A stretch of 64,000 nt of DNA from Macrostomum lignano (Eukaryota): positions 744,001 through 808,000 of the forward strand of contig NIVC01000052.1 in NCBI GenBank assembly GCA_002269645.1. The letters run 5' to 3'. A program made the translations under genes and the position numbers. Within the stretch, counting starts at the first letter, position 1; each line of letters starts with the position of its first letter. The notes beneath the pieces were generated by a model. It was not told where the DNA came from. It ran no database searches and saw only the letters and a list, made by a program, of their open reading frames with translations. Positions 1-12,509 of this stretch are shown piece after piece.

Positions 1-732
1 AGGCGGCGTGGGGATAGATAAATAGGGGATTTCCGATCAAGCAAAGACGCATCACATTCGCCGGGGGAAGGGGGGGGCAGTATAGAAGCCACAGCCGCTT
101 GGTTCGTCATCATGGAAGCGACCGTTGCTGCCGACCCCCTCTCAGCTCCCTGTTCCGTTCCACTTCGCGATGTACGCCAATGTGTATGCAGAGAGAGAGA
201 GAGTACATAGGGTTCAATAAGTATACGACCCCTACCGGAGGGCCACCTACCGCAGTTTAAAATCTGGCTTTCTTAGAAAATAAAATGCACTAAAAGGAAG
301 GCAGGAGAGCGTATTTTAACACAGGGCATCACTGCACTGGCCTGCATGCAGCAGAGCACTCGAAGCGGATAGCTAGGGGGGGGGGGGTAAAAGATGGCGG
401 AGGCAGAGAAGAGGAGGCCAGAGGAGAGACGCAGGGAAAGGCGGGAAGCACCAACAAAACAGGAGGCAGTTGGAAACCAGATGAGGATAAATTATTCCCT
501 ATTATCTGTATAGCCCATCGTTACACTTTATAACCAAACGAAATATTGCATAGAGCCCCAGCACTCGTTTCTCTGCATTCCTGATATTCATATGCACTGT
601 CTCCTGACAAATGCATATTCAGATAGAAAAATTTACTGATGAAGATGGGGCTTGGGGAATTGCGAAAATGAAATGAAAGCGCATACTCAGAATGCATTAC
701 TTACACTAGTAGTAACTCTTGATACAGTTCGT

Positions 733-1811
733 ATGAATGCATCCCTACATCTATCAATGCTAGCACTGAATGCATCCCTACATCTATCAATGCTAGCACT
801 GAATGCATCCCTACATCTATCAATGCTACTCACTGAATGCATCCCTACATCTATCAATGCTACTCACTGAATGCATCCCTACATCTATCAATGCTAGCAC
901 TGAATGCATCCCTACATCTATCAATGCTACTCACTGAATGCATCCCTACATCTATCAATGCTACTCACTGAATGCATCCCTACATCTATCAATGCTACTC
1001 ACTGAATGCATCCCTACATCTATCAATGCTACTCACTGAATGCATCCCTACATCCATCAATGCTACTCACTGAATGCATCCCTACATCTATCAATGCTAC
1101 TCACTGAATGCATCCCTACATCTATCAATGCTACTCACTGAATGCATCCCTACATCTATCAATGCTAGCACTGAATGCATCCCTACATCTATCAATGCTA
1201 CTCACTGAATGCATCCCTACATCCATCAATGCTACTCACTGAATGCATCCCTACATCTATCAATGCTACTCACTGAATGCATCCCTACATCTATCAATGC
1301 TAGCACTGAATGCATCCCTACATCTATCAATGCTACTCACTGAATGCATCCCTACATCTATCAATGCTACTCACTGAATGCATCCCTACATCTATCAATG
1401 CTAGCACTGAATGCATCCCTACATCTATCAATGCTAGCACTGAATGCATCCCTACATCTATCAATGCTACTCACTGAATGCATCCCTACATCTATCAATG
1501 CTAGCACTGAATGCATCCCTACATCTATCAATGCTAGCACTGAATGCATCCCTACATCTATCAATGCTACTCACTGAATGCATCCCTACATCTATTAATA
1601 CTACTCACTGAATGCATCCCTACATCTATCAATACTACTCACTGAATGCATCCCTACATCTATCAATGCTAGCACTGAATGCATCCCTACATCTATCAAT
1701 GCTAGCACTGAATGCATCCCTACATCTATCAATGCTAGCACTGAATGCATCCCTACATCTATCAATGCTAGCACTGAATGCATCCCTACATCTATCAATG
1801 CTACTCACTGA
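733..1811. repeat. 33/34-bp two-variant minisatellite (TGAATGCATCCCTACATCTATCAATGCTAGCAC / ...GCTACTCAC)
   Basis: Directly visible tandem array of about 32 units with two length variants. Confidence 0.95.
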
Positions 1812-2819
1812 AGTGGCGGGTGAAAGCCTGCTTGAGCATGGTGCCTTTATCAACCTGTTCGTGTGCATCTTCGCTACCAGCCCATGTAGCCATGCTGATA
1901 TACTGCTCAAACTACTTATTTAATGCGCGATAAAAACTGTCGGAGGGGATAATTCCGCGATGGAAAATGAGTGAGTGGCATATTGTTAGGGTGAAAATTC
2001 GAGTCGAAGGCCTGAATCCGTTTCGGAAATTCGCACATTTCGTCACGCAAGCCACTAGAAAGACTTAGAAGAGAGAAAGAGAGAAGGGGACAGGGTGAAT
2101 CAACACTCGGGATACAACAACACAGCAGCCCCAGGAAGTCGCACAGGAAGGACTCAGGTGGGGCGGCAATATCCTGCAGGCCCACTTAAGCATCCGGGAT
2201 TCCGGATACGCAATCCAGCTTGGAGAGCGGTGTGGAGAAGGCGCTCAAACTACGTCGTATTAACTATTAATTCGAAGCAACGAGAAAATCAGACCAGAAA
2301 ACAGCATCAACAAACTGACAGAGCGCAAATTTGAAATTCATAATTCATAACTCAACAACTGGTGCTCAGGTTAGTCAAGTCAGCCCAGCCAGCCTCACAG
2401 CACCATCACTCATTCGCAGTTTTGCCGTTAGGTGGCGACGAAGAGCGGATAGCGATTCAATGATTGAACAGCCTCCAGAACAGATGCGGGCGGTGAGAGA
2501 TATCGGACAAGAAAACAAAGCAATTGGGTTGCGCAAGGAAAGCGAACAAAGTGGACAAAGAACAACAAGTTAAAAATTTGCTGTCCTCTCTGCAGCTCAT
2601 CTATATTTAAGCAGCACTCTGGCTGATTAGACCTCGGCAGCATTGCCAACACTGACCCCCAGCAGACAGACAAAGTTAAAAAGGGAATGCGATTGAGCAA
2701 GCGAAGGAATACGAGTGGCTTGAGGAGAGAAAGCAAAATAGAGAGTGAAAAAGAGAGAAGTATGGAGAGGATAAAGAAGAAGTGAGAAAGGGAGAGAGAG
2801 AGGGTGAATGAGGGGTGAG

Positions 2820-3548
2820 AGGGAGAGATTGAGTGAGAGAGGCAGGGAGAGAGGGAGGGAGAGGCAGGGAGATGCAGGGAGAGAGGCAGGGAGAGGCAGG
2901 GAGAGAGGCGGGGAGACAGGGAGAGGCAGGGAGAGAGGCAAGGAGAGGCAGGGAGAGAGACAGGGAGAGAGGCAGGGAGAGGCAGGGAGAGAGGCAGGGA
3001 GAGGCAGGGAGAGGCAGGGAGAGAGGCAGGGAGAGGCAGGGAGAGAGGCAGGGAGAGGCAGGGAGAGAGGCGGGGAGACAGGGAGAGGCAGGGAGAGAGG
3101 CAAGGAGAGGCAGGGAGAGAGACAGGGAGAGAGGCAGGGAGAGGCAGGGAGAGAGGCAGGGAGAGGCAGGGAGAGGCAGGGAGAGAGGCAGGGAGAGGCA
3201 GGGAGAGAGGCAGAGAGAGACAGGGAGAGAGGCAGAGAGAGGCAGGGAGAGGCAGGGAGAGAGGCAGGGAGAGGCAGAGAGAGAGGCAGAGAGAGACAGG
3301 GAGAGGCAGAGAGAGACAGGGAGAGAGGCAGAGAGAGGCAGAGAGAGATGCAGAGAGAGAGGCAGGGAGAGACAGGGAGAGAGGCAGGGAGAGAGGCAGG
3401 GAGAGAGGCAGGGAGAGACAGAGAGAGAGACAGGGAGAGAGGCAGAGAGAGGCAGGGAGAGAGGAAGGGAGAGAGGCAGAGAGAGACAGGGAGAGAGGCA
3501 GGCAGAGAGGCAGGCAGAGAGGCAGGCAGAGAGGCAGATAGAGGCAGG
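2820..3548. repeat. Purine-rich AGGGAGAGGC-type micro/minisatellite
   Basis: Tandem 10-12-bp purine units; generates the artefactual RERG/SLPL ORFs. Confidence 0.95.
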
Positions 3549-4139
3549 GAGATACTTCGGCAGCCACAGCAGAGGCAGAACAGAGGAAAAATGGTAGTCA
3601 GTATTCAGGGAGGTCAAAGATGAGGCGGACAAATCTCAGCAGCCATTTGACAGCCCGCATTATTAAGCTGGCACGAACCGATCGAAGAGGACATGAGAAG
3701 CGAGTACGAAACCGACGGAAAAAAAGCCAAAAATCTCACCGAGAACATTTTTGAGAACAGCTGGGAATTGGAAGTGGCAGGTCGAGTTTTCCCAAATAGC
3801 CTTTGGTAGACAGGCTTGCCGCTTGTCACTGCAGGGTTTGGGAATAAAAAATCCGCCTTCCTTAGACAGGGAACTGCAGCACCGGAGAGACGGGAGACCA
3901 GCCAATGGCCGCTGCGACGACTTCAAGCAAAACTGATTGGCCGCCGCTCGAATAACGGTGCAAATGTACTTTAAGATGCCTTAGTTAAAACACTTTCTGA
4001 TGTTTTATAAAATGTAAAGAGAATTAACGGCGTAGCCGCGCCAGCAAAAGCTGCGTGACATTTTAAAACATAGCCCCATATTTTATTATGCAAAATGCTA
4101 GAGTAGCTTAAAAACGGAATAGTTCGACTCTCACACACG

Positions 4140-4697
<558 letters not shown>

Positions 4698-5492
4698 GGT
4701 GTGAAAGGGAGATAGAGATAAGCGAGAGGCACAAGGACAATCAGGCAGGAGAGCGGGTAAAAAGGTGAAGACATGTGAATGAACACACTAGAACCAAGCG
4801 AAAGTGATACTAGTTATAACAGTAAGCAAGACAGATGAGGGCAGATAAGCAATACTTCGAGCGCAGCTGAACAAACACCCAAAGCGATAAAAGCTACAGG
4901 GGGTTGGGAGTGAAGGGAATAACACAGATGCAAGAGCAGCAGAGAGCTGAGCACCTGCGAAAATACGAAAACGATAAAAACGGAAGTAGCAACAGAGAGA
5001 GAGACGGGATGGATAGAGAATAGAGGAGCCTGGCGGCAGCGGGCATGACTATACAGTGCAGTTCAGGATGGATAAGGTTCGGACAAGGGTGCAGTGTTTG
5101 CATAAATATGCATCGGCCAGTGGTCGCCCTGCTGTCCTTTGCAGGCAAATAGTAAAATCTGAGTTAAAACAATGTCTGCTGCTGCTGCTGATGCCAGAAA
5201 CAGAACCAGCTGCTGCTGCTGGCTGGCCAGAGCCACGGAGTCTAATGCTTCATCGCATCAAGCCAGCCAGCTTCCATCCACCTAGGCAGATCCTCCCTCC
5301 TAAAATTTGCAGATTCCGAATCCCCAAAGCCCAAACACAAACCAGATTTAAGCTGGCAGCGGAGCGTGACTGACATCCCAAAGCCGGCCTGTCCATGTCC
5401 AGTGTAGGGATACAGTGCACTGTTAGATAATGATAAGCTTTGATCTTTTATGGTAAACTGTGCCCTGACTTGCAAATTCCAAGTCAGTAGAC

Positions 5493-6006
5493 GGAGAGTA
5501 GATGATGGGGAGAAGGAGGGGAGAGTAGATGATGGGGAGTGAGAGGGGAGAGCAGATGATGGGGAGTAGGAGAGTAGATAATGGGGAGTAGGAGGGGAGA
5601 GTAGATGATGGGGAGCAGGAGGGGAGAGTAGGTGATGGGGAGTAGGAGGGGAGAGTAGATGATGGGGAGTAGGAGGAGAGAGTAGATGATGGGGAGTAGG
5701 AGGGGAGAGTAGATGATGGGGAGTAGGAGGGGAGAGTAGATGATGGGGAGTAGGAGGGGAGAGTAGATGATGGGGAGTAGGAGGGGAGAGTAGATGATGG
5801 GGAGTAGGAGGGGAGAGTAGATGATGGGGAGTAGGAGGGGAGAGTAGATGATGGGGAGTGAGAGGGGAGAGCAGATGATGGGGAGTAGGAGAGTAGATAA
5901 TGGGGAGTAGGAGGGGAGAGTAGATGATGGGGAGCAGGAGGGGAGAGTAGGTGATGGGGAGTAGGGGGGGGAGTAGATGATGGGGAGTAGGAGGGGAGAG
6001 TAGATG
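5493..6006. repeat. 27-bp minisatellite GAGTAGATGATGGGGAGTAGGAGGGGA
   Basis: Direct tandem repeats, G-rich on the + strand. Confidence 0.9.
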
Positions 6007-6689
6007 AAACTACAAAGGGGTTGTGGGCAAAGGGTTACTAGGCAGGTAAACTACTTAGCATTGGAATCGGCAATCGAGATTCCAACATGGAGGACGAAGC
6101 TAGTTGATGGAGCATATTAATCAATGCCCACCCAATATGAGCAGAATGTAGCAATCCTAAGAGTAGCCCAGAATCAGAGTTCCCGAGTTGCAATACATTA
6201 CGGACCAATCTCTCTCTCACTCACTCTCTTTCAGTACGCGCATTGATCCCAGGGAGGCAAAAGGTAAAAATAGGAGGGAGCAGAACTCGCAATGTCCCAG
6301 CTTAGAAGTTCGATGCCAAGCCCCGTAAGCCGGGCAGGCTGCAGCTATACTATAGCGCTCCGGCAGCAGGCAGACAGACAGAGCTAACAAAGAGATCGAT
6401 GGTCCCGGGGGGATTTAGATTGCATATAATGGCATATGAGATCCCGGGGCAGCGCGTTACAAAGCAGTGCAACTTCTTTTTTATCTGAACTCAACCTGTT
6501 TGAGTAGGAGATGAAAGCAAATGAGGATGCTGACATTTCTTTAACACGGTTGCTTCATCACTTTTTGCTTGCATGCAACAATTCCTCTTTAATATAACGG
6601 GTTAAGGCTCGCTACCAAAGTCACCAGCTTATTGAACTCAAACTTTTCTTACTCACGAACTACTTTATTCTCAACTTTAGCTTGAGCTT

Positions 6690-6990
6690 AGTATGACCTC
6701 ACATCACTCTCATTCTCATCCCCATCATTCTCACTATCATCCCTCTCTCACTCTCATCATTATCTCACTCACTCTCACCCATATCTCGCTATCACTCACT
6801 TTCATCCCCATGATTCTCACTCTCATCCCTACCGCTCACTCCCACTCTCATCCTTCTTTCACTCTAATGTCTATCTCACTCTCACCCCTCTTTCACTCTC
6901 ACCCCCATCCCACTATCACTCTCATTAATCTCAATCTCATTCTCAGTCTCAGTCTCATCCCTATCTAACTGTCAATCTCACCTCATATAC
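6690..6990. repeat. Degenerate CT/CTCA-rich low-complexity tract
   Basis: Repeated CTCTCA/CTCATC motifs. Confidence 0.7.
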
Positions 6991-7289
6991 CCACCTAACC
7001 ATTCAAAATGCAGTGACACAATTTCACCTTCAATGAACCACAGCGAATCAACACTCTGCTTGATTTCCTACGCCAGGGCGGTATCAATCTCACGCTGAAA
7101 TTCGCGTTATCTCACCCATGCATTAGGCACATCATTAATCTACTAAGATAACTCGCTTATCGAGAACACTGGTCTAAAGAAAAAATTTCTAAGCCATTAT
7201 GATTTTGATTAGTTTCAGCGCATCATTCGATACAATAAATCATTGCGAGACTTCAATTATCTCGAGTAATACTAAATGGCAGCATAAGA

Positions 7290-8590
7290 GGTTGAGGGAC
7301 GGAGAGGAGGGTGAGGGAAGGAGGAGGGTGAGAGAAGGAGAGGAGGGTAAGGGAAGGAGAGGAGAGTGAGGGACGGAGAGGAGGGTGAGGGACGGAGAGG
7401 AGGGTGAGGGACGGAGAGGAGGGTAAGGGAAGAAGAGAGTGTGGTGGGGAGGAGGGTGAGAGGAGAGGAGGGTAAGGGAAGGAGAGGAGAGTGAGGGACG
7501 GAGAGGAGGGTGAGGGACGGAGAGGAGGGTGAGGGACGGAGAGGAGGGTAAGGGAAGAAGAGAGTGTGGTGGGGAGGAGGGTGAGAGGAGAGGAGGGTAA
7601 GGGAAGGAGAGGAGAGTGAGGGACGGAGAGGAGGGTGAGGGACGGAGAGGAGGGTAAGGGAAGGAGAGGAGAGTGAGGGACGGAGAGGAGGGTGAGGGAC
7701 GGAGAGGAGGGTAAGGGAAGGAGAGGAGAGTGAGGGACAGAGAGGAGGGTGAGGGACGGAGAGGAGGGTAAGGGAAGGAGAGGAGAGTGAGGGACGGAGA
7801 GGAGGGTGAGGGACGGAGAGGAGGGTAAGGGAAGGAGAGGAGAGTGAGGGACGGAGAGGAGAGTGAGGGAAGGAGAGGAGGGTGAGGGACGGAGAGGAGG
7901 GTGAGGGACGGAGAGGAGGGTGAGGGACGGAGAGGAGGGTGAGGGACGGAGAGGAGGGTAAGGGAAGAAGAGAGTGTGGTGGGGAGGAGGGTGAGAGGAG
8001 AGGAGGGTAAGGGAAGGAGAGGAGAGTGAGGGACGGAGAGGAGGGTGAGGGACGGAGAGGAGGGTAAGGGAAGGAGAGGAGAGTGAGGGACGGAGAGGAG
8101 GGTGAGGGACGGAGAGGAGGGTAAGGGAAGGAGAGGAGAGTGAGGGACGGAGAGGAGGGTGAGGGACGGAGAGGAGGGTAAGGGAAGGAGAGGAGAGTGA
8201 GGGACGGAGAGGAGAGTGAGGGAAGGAGAGGAGGGTGAGGGACGGAGAGGAGGGTGAGGGACGGAGAGGAGGGTGAGGGACGGAGAGGAGGGTGAGGGAC
8301 GGAGAGGAGGGTAAGGGAAGAAGAGAGTGTGGTGGGGAGGAGGGTGAGAGGAGAGGAGGGTAAGGGAAGGAGAGGAGAGTGAGGGACGGAGAGGGTGAGG
8401 GACGGAGAGGAGGGTAAGGGAAGGAGAGGAGAGTGAGCGACGGAGAGGAGAGTGAGGGAAGGAGAGGAGGGTGAGGGACGGAGAGGAGGGTAAGGGAAGG
8501 AGAGGAGAGTGAGGGACGGAGAGGAGGGTGATAGGAGAGGAGGGTAAGGGAAGAAGAGAGTGTGGGGAGGAGGGTGAGAGAAGAGGAAAG
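7290..8590. repeat. Purine-rich 19-bp-based minisatellite (GAGGGACGGAGAGGAGGGT) with higher-order variants
   Basis: Tandem units with a recurring GAAGAGAGTGTGGTGGGG variant block. Confidence 0.95.
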
Positions 8591-9496
8591 GAGGCTGATT
8601 GGGCAGGCGGACATGCTACAGACACACAGACAGTCATCAACCAGCAGAAGGCATGTCTCGCGCACACAAACGCACACAAAGCAAACGCAGGCCTAACAAC
8701 ATACGAAGTAACTGTAGGAGTCATCACTACAGAGCCATGGAGGCGGTGAGCTCAGCCAGCTGTTAAATCCGTATTAGTTAATCAAGTTTCGCACCGTGTC
8801 TACACATGCACTAATCCGCTTAATAATACAAAACAGAAAACTCGAGCCCTAGCAATAGATATGGCCATTCATTCGGATTGCCGTTGATAGCTAATTGAAT
8901 CTTCGTCAACTAAATAGATTTATCCAATATAACCTACAGGACAGGAAGACAGACAGGCACACGCGATTAATTAAAAGAAAACGCGAATATTTGGCAGGAA
9001 AATAAAATCACAGAATTAGACTTGACTCAACCGCGCTGCTCCCGAGTAAAAAGAACTGTTTGCGTCAGCTCCGAGGCCGAGCGCTGAGCCTTCATCTCCG
9101 CCTGCCCCCCCCCTCCCCCTGTCAATCCCCTGTAACAAAAGCCGTGTGTTCAGCATGGGAAACGGGTGAGCCATCGCTCAGGCTCGCTGGACTGAATCAG
9201 TCCCGATGAGAGCTAGGGAGAGCTGAATAGGCCTACAGTGCAGGAAGAAAGGCAAGAGCATTGAAACAGAGGATCGAGAAACTGGGCCGGCAACTGGAAA
9301 CCAAATCAAAGCCTCATCAATAGGCGCTCAAAAACCATTCATTAAAATTCTGCTAGCGGGTCGAAAATAAAGTTTAATTATGATTTAACAGAGCTTTAAA
9401 GGCCAGCTTCCAAGCAGATTTCGTGCTTCAGAGGATCAGCAGATATTCTTCATGCCCTGCCGCACTTTAGTAACGGGAACGGGGTAGAAGCTCCAG

Positions 9497-9499
9497 ACC

Positions 9500-9541
<42 letters not shown>

Positions 9542-9543
9542 GC

Positions 9544-9616
<73 letters not shown>

Positions 9617-9617
9617 C

Positions 9618-9661
<44 letters not shown>

Positions 9662-9663
9662 GC

Positions 9664-9696
<33 letters not shown>

Positions 9697-9753
9697 CACA
9701 GACGGACAGACAGACACACAGACAGACAGACAGACACACAGACAGACAGACAC

Positions 9754-9827
<74 letters not shown>

Positions 9828-9887
9828 GCACAGACAGACAGACAGACACACAGACAGACAGACAGACAGACAGACACAGACAGACAG

Positions 9888-9938
<51 letters not shown>

Positions 9939-9941
9939 GGC

Positions 9942-10018
<77 letters not shown>

Positions 10019-10033
10019 CAGACAGACAGACAG
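9497..10033. repeat. (GACA)n microsatellite
   Basis: Direct observation. Confidence 0.98.
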
Positions 10034-10325
10034 CACACAAAACAGTCAGGAAAGCAGTCCACTTATTAGCAGCAGAGGAACAGATTATAAAGCTAGCAGA
10101 ATCCAGCGCCCCTAGACAAATGGAAAGCATCGCAAAGCAAGCCAGCGGTAATGCAAAACTGCGGTTTAAAAAAATCAAACATTATTGGCAAAACATGGAA
10201 CTTTGCAGTACAAATTTGTCACTCAATTTAATTAAGCGCCTGGCAAATTCATATTGCTCTACTCGAGCGAGAGGCTGGGAATACACGAGGGTACAATTAA
10301 GCACCTAATCACAATCTGGCAACAG

Positions 10326-12509
10326 TTAGAGCGGAGAAATTAAGCGGAAATTAACAGCTATTGAAAAGCCTGGGTTGCCATGGTGACAACTATCTCCAAG
10401 CCAACTGGCAAAAAGCTTTGATAGTTGGACATTGAGAGTGGGTTTGTGTAACTTAATGTGCAGAGCTTCAAGAATGTTAAGTTTATGCTCATTTTTGCTG
10501 TTGTCTATGACCTTGAAATGAGAGGTTATGTCTGGCTCATCACAACAACCATGGCATTGCAGCAAATGTTCATGAATCGGAGAGTTTCGTTGCCTATGTT
10601 CCTTGGCTCTCGTGAGTAGGTGTCGCTTGGTTTTACCAATGTAGGTAATGCTCTGGTCAACAGAGCAACGAAAACGATAGATGACACCTGCCTTGAGAGC
10701 ACATGGAACACGAGACTTTAAACTCCCAACAAATTGACTGACTTTATGAGTACGGAACACTACATGAATCTTAGTCTTAAAGAATTTTTGGCAAGTTTTG
10801 CGAATTTGCCTCTTAAACACAATCGAAGAGTTGCCCAAAAAAGGAAGAGTCAAGATTGGTTCTCCTGGTTCTCTATCTGGCCGCTTAGGTTTAAGCTTTT
10901 TTTCAATTTTTTCATCTAAGAAATTACCAATAACCTTCATGATGTAGTTGATAGGGTATCCATTGGCAGTGAGAATATTGATAATGTTGGTAAACTCGTT
11001 GTGCAGCAACGACCAAGAGCAACATACTGTATAGGCACGATGAAGCAGACAACGAATGACTCCCGTCTTCCATTCCCTGGGGCACAACGCCTGGAAATTA
11101 AGCATCAATTTAGTGAATGTGGGCTTGCGATACACTTCGGTCTCAATAGCGCAGTCCTTCAGATGGATCTCGATGTCAAGAAACGGTAGTTTCTTTCCAC
11201 CATATTCCACGGTGAATTTAATGTTAGGATGGGTGGCGTTTATTGTGTTGAAAAATTGCAGAAAGTCTTCCTCGTTATCAAAAATAGCGCATGTGTCATC
11301 GACATACCGTTTGTAAAATTTTGGAGCACAGCTTTTTTCCATCCAGGTTTTCTCCCAATGTGACATGCAAACGTTAGCAAGAGTGGGGGCAAGAGGGCTG
11401 CCCATAGCGCAGCCGTCAATTTGCTGGAAATACTTATCGCCGAATTGGAATATCCCAGACGTGGCAATAACCAACAATTTCTTAAACACTTTCTCCGGGA
11501 TTGGTGGCGCTGGGTTGTCTTTGAAGACCAAATTGGTAGCAATGTCGATCGCCAGATTCAGCGGAACATTGGTAAATAGAGAGGTGACATCGAAGCTATA
11601 CAATTGATCTTCGCGAGATGGGGTGTAATTGCTGATGGCTGTTATGAATTCCCTATTGGACCGCAAACTGAATTCCTGAGGGATGCATGGCTTGATAAAT
11701 GAGTCTAGAAATTTAGCCAGCTCATATTCAGCCGTGTTCAGCATAGACACAATGGGTCTCAATGGTTTGTCTTCCTTATGGACCTTGCACGAGCCATAGA
11801 GTTGGCCAGGTTGACTCCCACACGGCATAATCTTCTTGTACACATGGTCACTTATGTGCGGTCTGACATAGGTTCTAATATAGTTTTGAATAGAGCGTTC
11901 AGATTTAAGAACAGGGTGTGACACGGTAACCCTTTCATCGGCAGGTCCTAAGCATTTAAATTTGGTTTTGTCTTGAATTAAGTTGGTCATTTTGGCCTCA
12001 TATTCAGCACTGTCTAAAATAGCAACGCCATAGCCCTTGTCAAAGCTCAAAATTTTGATTTGTTCATTATTACGGATGTCCTTAAGGGTTCTGTGAAAAA
12101 ACTTGTTCTGTTTATTGTTGATGGACATGAGAGCACGGGAGCAGAAGTGATCAGTGTCAGAGATAATTCTGTTCTTGCAACCATCGGGAAGGAAGTGCGC
12201 GTCACGGCTACCGGTATTACTAAGAGGTCGAGTACACTTACCAATGGCATTCTCTAACTCAGAGAAGAGGTGAAACTTGTTGAGCTTGGAAGGAAGAATC
12301 GGGTGTTTCAAACCAAATTGCAGTGCATGTAGCTCATTTAGAGAAAGCTCATGCCGGGAAAGGTTGACAACAGCGTTCGGAATTGGAGAGGCGAATTGCT
12401 TCTCGATCCAGAGACTCTTCAGCTTATTGTCCAGTTTCACCTTGGCAACGTCAGCTTGTTCTTTGGACCTTTTTGAGACAAGTTGACACAGCGTGACGAA
12501 AGAAATCAC
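10326..12509 (-). CDS. Penelope-like RT + GIY-YIG endonuclease ORF, inverted copy (5'-truncated at 12487; C-terminal tail reads into host flank)
   Basis: RT motifs SFDVTSLFTNVP, GCAMGSPLAP, RYVDD, LPFLDI, YRKPT; GIY-YIG VIYRFRC...YIGKT...RAKEH...IHEH; ends KPTLNVQ. Confidence 0.9.
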   Translation of the reverse strand: MISFVTLCQLVSKRSKEQADVAKVKLDNKLKSLWIEKQFASPIPNAVVNLSRHELSLNELHALQFGLKHPILPSKLNKFHLFSELENAIGKCTRPLSNTGSRDAHFLPDGCKNRIISDTDHFCSRALMSINNKQNKFFHRTLKDIRNNEQIKILSFDKGYGVAILDSAEYEAKMTNLIQDKTKFKCLGPADERVTVSHPVLKSERSIQNYIRTYVRPHISDHVYKKIMPCGSQPGQLYGSCKVHKEDKPLRPIVSMLNTAEYELAKFLDSFIKPCIPQEFSLRSNREFITAISNYTPSREDQLYSFDVTSLFTNVPLNLAIDIATNLVFKDNPAPPIPEKVFKKLLVIATSGIFQFGDKYFQQIDGCAMGSPLAPTLANVCMSHWEKTWMEKSCAPKFYKRYVDDTCAIFDNEEDFLQFFNTINATHPNIKFTVEYGGKKLPFLDIEIHLKDCAIETEVYRKPTFTKLMLNFQALCPREWKTGVIRCLLHRAYTVCCSWSLLHNEFTNIINILTANGYPINYIMKVIGNFLDEKIEKKLKPKRPDREPGEPILTLPFLGNSSIVFKRQIRKTCQKFFKTKIHVVFRTHKVSQFVGSLKSRVPCALKAGVIYRFRCSVDQSITYIGKTKRHLLTRAKEHRQRNSPIHEHLLQCHGCCDEPDITSHFKVIDNSKNEHKLNILEALHIKLHKPTLNVQLSKLFASWLGDSCHHGNPGFSIAVNFRLISPL
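10374..10387 (-). promoter_or_regulatory. RFX X-box-like motif GTCACCATGGCAAC
   Basis: The minus strand matches the X-box consensus GTHNYY-AT-RRNAAC. Function is untested. Confidence 0.35.

Noticed and set aside
12488-12509. N-terminus MISFVTLC of the minus-strand Penelope ORF
   Set aside because: It is read from the antisense of the spacer beyond the inversion breakpoint and starts at a non-ATG codon, so it is not the element's real start.
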